Shown here piece after piece: positions 6,805 through 9,976 of a stretch of DNA of 9,976 bases. The position numbers and the translations under genes are program-made. The notes below the pieces were generated by a model. It was not told the origin of the DNA. It saw only the letters and a program-made list of their open reading frames with translations, and did not search any database. The stretch is from the IMG/VR virus record IMGVR_UViG_2778260993_000012. One strand, 5' to 3'. The first letter of the stretch is position 1, and each line of letters starts with the position of its first letter. The DNA is from a virus. Taxonomy: Duplodnaviria > Heunggongvirae > Uroviricota > Caudoviricetes.

Positions 6805-7327
6805 TACCAGCCGGAAGCAAGTGTACAAACTGGTACTGCCAAAGCAGTGGCTGTTGTGGTGACCGGTGCTGATCTCCGGCTTGCGGTTATTTCAGACTCT
6901 CACGGGCGTTTGATTGCCCCGCCGAACAGCTCTTTTCCGCAATAGCTGCAATGTCTTTCGCGCATCAGCCTGCGCATTCACCACAACGCTGAGAGCATTG
7001 CCGGTGTCCGAATCGAACGGACCTTTTCCCTGCCCAACCCTCCCATCTGAATGGGACTGTCTGGAATTGAACCAGCACTTATGCCTTGCTCGTCAATGCT
7101 CTCATCGTTGCGTCCTGGTCTCTTCCCAGGCGTCAAACCGAATCGCCACGCTGGTTAGGCGTCTTATCAGCATCCTCATTGACTTGCACATTCCGGCTAC
7201 CTGGTTTGTTTGCCCGAGCAAGGAGTGGATTGTCCCCTTTAACGTCCCCAGACCGCTAACGACGCATGTGCCATACGCCGTGTTACAACCAAATTTTGTT
7301 AGGACCTTGTTTGTTGGTCTGGAAAGA

Positions 7328-7379
7328 AAGATAAAATGAAATTGCGCATTATGCAAGTGTTTTGTTGCGAGATGCGCAA
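7328..7379 (-). promoter_or_regulatory. oL/pL-like region: two 15-bp palindromic operator sites overlapping a leftward promoter
   Basis: Sites TTGCGCATTATGCAA (7342-7356) and TTGCGAGATGCGCAA (7365-7379) share a TTGC-N7-GCAA pattern with centres 23 bp apart. Candidate minus-strand promoter: -35 TTGCAT (plus 7351-7356), 17-bp spacer, -10 TATCTT (plus 7328-7333). The first operator overlaps the -35. Confidence 0.5.
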
Positions 7380-7392
7380 TATGATGGGTGAT

Positions 7393-7414
7393 GAAAAGCC
7401 ACCTTCTGGTGGCT
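7393..7414 (-). terminator. Intrinsic terminator downstream of the repressor gene
   Basis: On the minus strand: 7-bp stem AGCCACC / GGTGGCT with a 4-nt loop, followed by TTTT, starting about 20 nt after the repressor stop. Confidence 0.6.
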
Positions 7415-7434
7415 AATTGATGAGGAGGTCGGGG

Positions 7435-8127
7435 TTAATTGTGTCGCTTAAGGGTTTGTGACTGACTGATTAAGACCTTCCCAAAGACCATAAACCGGTG
7501 TTCGTTTTCGCTGGTAATTCCCCATTCACGGTAAATCTGGTTATCAGAAATCACCAGTAGTTTGTCAGGTATCATTTGCAGTCGTTTGACATAAATTTTA
7601 TCATCAAAACCAAACACATAGATACCATCCCCATCAAACTGATTGATACTGATATCAACGAAGATGAGATCTCCTGGCTCAATGGTTGGACACATACTGT
7701 CCCCACGAACGTTGATAACTTTAATGTGATTGGCTGGTCGTCCTCCAAACATCGATACAGCATTATCAGTTATGTATTCAATGGCATGAATCACATCAAT
7801 GACATCACCGCCCTGGATAAGGCCATTTCCCGCACTGGCACTGACATCCAGCATTTCAATACGGAATACATCCTTCACCTGCGCAACATCCTCACCAGTA
7901 CTGTTTTTACATACAGTATTACTTTTGAAGTCTGAGGTAAAGAGATCTGCAATATCAACACCTAAGCTCCTGGCAATATTACTCAGGGCTTGTTCAGTGA
8001 ATTGTTTCTGCTTACCTGTTTCCAGGCGTGAGATATTCGCCGCATCCACTCCTATTGCTTCAGCGAGATCGGCGATTTTCATGTTCTTCGCCTGGCGAAG
8101 TTGTCTGACTCGATTTCCTATGTTCAT
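7435..8127 (-). CDS. cI-type phage repressor: N-terminal helix-turn-helix (XRE) domain plus C-terminal S24 (LexA-like) autopeptidase domain, 230 aa
   Basis: The N-terminus (VRQLRQAKNMKIADLAEAIGVDAANISRLETGKQ) is a helix-turn-helix. An Ala-Gly cleavage site lies in SASAGNG. RGDSMCPTIEPGDLIFVD carries the catalytic Ser, and VKRL the likely Lys. Divergent from a Cro-like gene. No Shine-Dalgarno sequence before the ATG. Confidence 0.9.
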   Translation of the reverse strand: MNIGNRVRQLRQAKNMKIADLAEAIGVDAANISRLETGKQKQFTEQALSNIARSLGVDIADLFTSDFKSNTVCKNSTGEDVAQVKDVFRIEMLDVSASAGNGLIQGGDVIDVIHAIEYITDNAVSMFGGRPANHIKVINVRGDSMCPTIEPGDLIFVDISINQFDGDGIYVFGFDDKIYVKRLQMIPDKLLVISDNQIYREWGITSENEHRFMVFGKVLISQSQTLKRHN

Positions 8128-8224
8128 GCGTTTATTACATTTCTTTATTGCGCGTTAAGCAAATCAACTTGCGCAAAATATTTGCGTGAAATAATATGCT
8201 TATCACGCAATATGTGGAGGTTAT
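8128..8224. promoter_or_regulatory. oR-like divergent control region between the repressor and the Cro-like gene
   Basis: Operator-like sites of the same family as oL: TTGCGCGTTAAGCAA (8148-8162), palindrome TTGCGCAA (8169-8176), ATGCTTATCACGCAA (8196-8210) and inverted repeat TTGCGTGA...TCACGCAA (8182-8210). Candidate rightward promoter: -35 TTGCGC (8169-8174), 18-bp spacer, -10 TAATAT (8193-8198). Candidate leftward promoter: -10 TGTAAT (minus strand, plus 8134-8139), 6 nt from the repressor ATG. Confidence 0.55.
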
Positions 8225-8485
8225 ATGCAATCACCATTACGAAATGTGCGTAAGGCGCACGGATTTACTTTGCAGCATGTTGCTGCGGGTGTTCAGGTTA
8301 ATCCAGCGACGCTGAGTCGTATTGAGAGACTGGAACAAATTCCATCTATCGATCTGGCAGAGCGTCTGGCCAATTTTTTTAAGGGAGAAATCAGCGAAAT
8401 GCAGATTCTCTATCCTGCTCGCTTTCAATCTAGTCAAAACCGGAATGAGTTAAAACCACAGGAAAAGGAGGTAAGCCGTGGGTAA
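8225..8485 (+). CDS. Cro-like / YdaS-like helix-turn-helix regulator (86 aa)
   Basis: GGAGG ribosome-binding site 5 nt upstream of the ATG. Helix-turn-helix motif (FTLQHVAAGVQVNPATLSRIER). Divergent from the repressor. Overlaps the next gene by 8 nt. Confidence 0.75.
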   Translation: MQSPLRNVRKAHGFTLQHVAAGVQVNPATLSRIERLEQIPSIDLAERLANFFKGEISEMQILYPARFQSSQNRNELKPQEKEVSRG

Positions 8486-9029
8486 GCATCACTGGAAAGT
8501 GGAAAAACAGCCTGAGTGGTACGTGAAAGCGGTCAGAAAAACTATCGCGGCGTTGCCGGGTGGTTACGCTGAAGCAGCTGAGTGGCTGGATGTAACAGAG
8601 AACGCTTTATTCAATCGCCTTCGTGCCGATGGCGATCAGATTTTCCCGCTGGGATGGGCAATGATTTTACAGCGCGCGGCTGGCACTCACTACATTGCGG
8701 ATGCTGTCGCACAGTCTGCTGGTGGGGTGTTTGTATCGCTTCCTGACATTGAGGAAGTAGAGAACGCCGATATAAACCAGCGCCTGCTGGAAGTCATCGA
8801 ACAGATCGGGAGTTACTCAAAGCAGATTCGTTCGGCAATCGAAGATGGGGTAGTGGAGCCACACGAGCAGACAGCAATGAATGATGAGTTGTATCTGTCA
8901 ATTTCGAAGCTCCAGGAGCATGCGGCACTGGTCTACAAAATTTTCTGCGCTCCAGAAAAGAGTGACGCCCGCGAGTGTGCAGCTCCGGGCGTCGTGGCGT
9001 TTTGTGTCTGTGGAGAAACTAACGCATGA
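8478..9029 (+). CDS. Early regulatory protein in the cII position, possibly YdaT-family (183 aa)
   Basis: GTG start at 8478 with an AAGGAGG ribosome-binding site 6 nt upstream. Follows the Cro-like gene as in racR-ydaS-ydaT or cI-cro-cII layouts. Family call is tentative. Confidence 0.45.
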   Translation: MGKHHWKVEKQPEWYVKAVRKTIAALPGGYAEAAEWLDVTENALFNRLRADGDQIFPLGWAMILQRAAGTHYIADAVAQSAGGVFVSLPDIEEVENADINQRLLEVIEQIGSYSKQIRSAIEDGVVEPHEQTAMNDELYLSISKLQEHAALVYKIFCAPEKSDARECAAPGVVAFCVCGETNA

Positions 9030-9174
9030 ACAGTTTAACGGCAAATAACCGTTTGTCGCAACAGCTGGTGGTCAGTGTCGCTGCACACCTGTTGTTACGG
9101 CATGAATGCAGATTACCAAATCACCTGGCTGTAAGTAACCACAGAGAACTTTACCTGACTGTGGGGGGCGAGTT

Positions 9175-9354
9175 GTGCAGGAACTTAACCGCTGGTTTCG
9201 TGACGGAAGAGGACTTTATGTTCATGTTATTCGTTGGGAGCCAGAAACACAGCGCGTTATCTATCTTCGCAAAGACTACCCGCATGAGTGCTTTAGTCCT
9301 TTGTGGAAATTCAGGCGTGATTTTGTTGAGTGTGAAGGACCACCAGCATATTGA
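9175..9354 (+). CDS. Candidate small ORF, 59 aa, GTG start (VQELNRWFRDGRGLYVHVIRWEPETQRVIYLRKDYPHECFSPLWKFRRDFVECEGPPAY)
   Basis: Frame +1, not in the track. The composition looks globular (Trp, Tyr and charged residues) and a G-rich stretch precedes the GTG. It overlaps a long open frame +2, so only one of the two is likely to be real. Confidence 0.25.
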   Translation: MQELNRWFRDGRGLYVHVIRWEPETQRVIYLRKDYPHECFSPLWKFRRDFVECEGPPAY

Positions 9355-9439
9355 TTCTGCAATTCCGGGACGTTACACTGTTCAGGCACCTTATAAAACG
9401 GGTGCCGGGATTGGCGTCCTGAAATTGATTACTGAGCAT

Positions 9440-9461
9440 AACCGCGCTCATGCGGTTTTTT
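9440..9461 (+). terminator. Terminator-like hairpin with U-tract (AACCGC-GCTCAT-GCGGTT followed by TTTT)
   Basis: 6-bp stem, 6-nt loop and a T6 run on the plus strand. Weak stem. It lies between the candidate small ORF and the Rha-like gene, and inside the open +2 frame. Confidence 0.3.
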
Positions 9462-9631
9462 CGTGTCATGAGCATTACTACGCCCAAATTATGGTGGGGC
9501 GTACAGGGCCGACTTCGGTCGGGCCGGGTTCGGTAGTCTCCGGTAACGCCAACCCTGTACGTCTCACCACCTCTGTGATTGGCGTCCCATGTGGTGAGTT
9601 TTCTAAAAAACTGACTACCGGGGCTGTCACT

Positions 9632-9976
9632 ATGACTACTCTCCCAACCCTCTCTCAACCTGAAATTGCCATCGTTGATGGTCAGGCTGTTACATCTTCT
9701 TTGGCTGTTGCTGACTTTTTCTCTAAACGTCATGACGATGTTCTGAAAAAGATCCGCATTTTGGATTGTTCTCCAGAGTTTTGTGCCCGCAATTTTGCGG
9801 AGACATCAATTTTGGTACGCCAGCCCAACGGCGGTACTCGCAAACTACCTTGCTATCAAATAACCCGCGACGGCTTTGCGTTTCTTGCTATGGGTTTCAC
9901 GGGTAAACGTGCTGCCCGGTTCAAAGAGGCATACATCAATGCCTTTAACCAGATGGAGAAGAGTTTATCAGGTGCC
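9632..9976 (+). CDS. Rha-family phage regulatory protein (pRha domain), truncated at the 3' window edge
   Basis: The N-terminus (MTTLPTLSQPEIAIVDGQAVTSSLAVADFFSKRHDDVLKKIRIL...ITRDGFAFLAMGFTGKRAARFKEAYINAFNQME) matches the Rha signature as I remember it. Start placed at ATG 9632. The same frame is open back to ATG 9026, so the true start is uncertain. Confidence 0.7.
   Translation, partial: MTTLPTLSQPEIAIVDGQAVTSSLAVADFFSKRHDDVLKKIRILDCSPEFCARNFAETSILVRQPNGGTRKLPCYQITRDGFAFLAMGFTGKRAARFKEAYINAFNQMEKSLSGA

Noticed and set aside
7004-7076. Two hairpins on the minus strand with tRNA T-loop-like sequences (GTCCG-TTCGATT-CGGAC and CTGG-TTCAATT-CCAG), suggesting a tRNA or tmRNA-like gene
   Set aside because: Neither has a 7-bp acceptor-stem complement at the right distance upstream, nor D-arm or anticodon-arm geometry. 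Treated as stem-loops of the structured leader, not tRNA genes.
6657-7320. Retron-like non-coding RNA (inverted repeats flanking a structured region)
   Set aside because: No reverse-transcriptase gene follows; the downstream genes are YfdP/YfdQ/HD-like. The inverted repeats are better explained as alternative leader helices.
6914-7339. 141-aa plus-strand ORF inside the structured leader region
   Set aside because: Cys/Pro/Leu-rich low-complexity translation, no ribosome-binding site, convergent with the repressor terminator. Most likely an open frame by chance.
7102-7356. 84-aa minus-strand ORF as a possible N-like antiterminator (Arg-rich internal segment MRMLIRRLTS...)
   Set aside because: It begins at a TTG inside the operator/-35 region, upstream of the predicted transcription start. 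Internal ATGs give only 25-29 aa with no properly spaced ribosome-binding site, and the composition is not N-like beyond a few arginines.
1-9976. CRISPR arrays, insertion sequences, rRNA genes
   Set aside because: No regularly spaced direct repeats, no transposase-like ORF or terminal inverted repeats, and no rRNA-like conserved stretches were seen.

Overview
This window is the left arm and immunity region of a lambdoid (lambda-like) prophage of the Enterobacteriaceae type, read by eye with no database search. From left to right: an integrase and excisionase on the minus strand (75-1649); a run of small accessory genes in the position of lambda's ea/b region, including two DUF551-type proteins and an Ea22-like protein (1806-4748); an HD-domain hydrolase, a YfdQ-like protein and a 120-aa protein (4739-6656); a roughly 660-nt untranslated, highly structured leader (6657-7320); a pL/oL-like control region; a cI-type autocleavable repressor (7435-8127); an oR-like divergent control region; a Cro-like protein, a 183-aa early regulator and the start of a Rha-family protein (8225-9976). 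Genes on the minus strand are tightly packed, with many overlapping stop/start junctions. The most interesting points are the structured leader with mutually exclusive helices and no N-like gene, an unlisted 27-codon membrane-peptide ORF with a strong ribosome-binding site, a 15-bp operator motif shared by both sides of the repressor, and a 202-codon stop-free frame upstream of the Rha start. I found no rRNA, tRNA, CRISPR array or insertion sequence. Family names rest on motif recognition and remembered protein lengths, so they need confirming by HMM or BLAST search.
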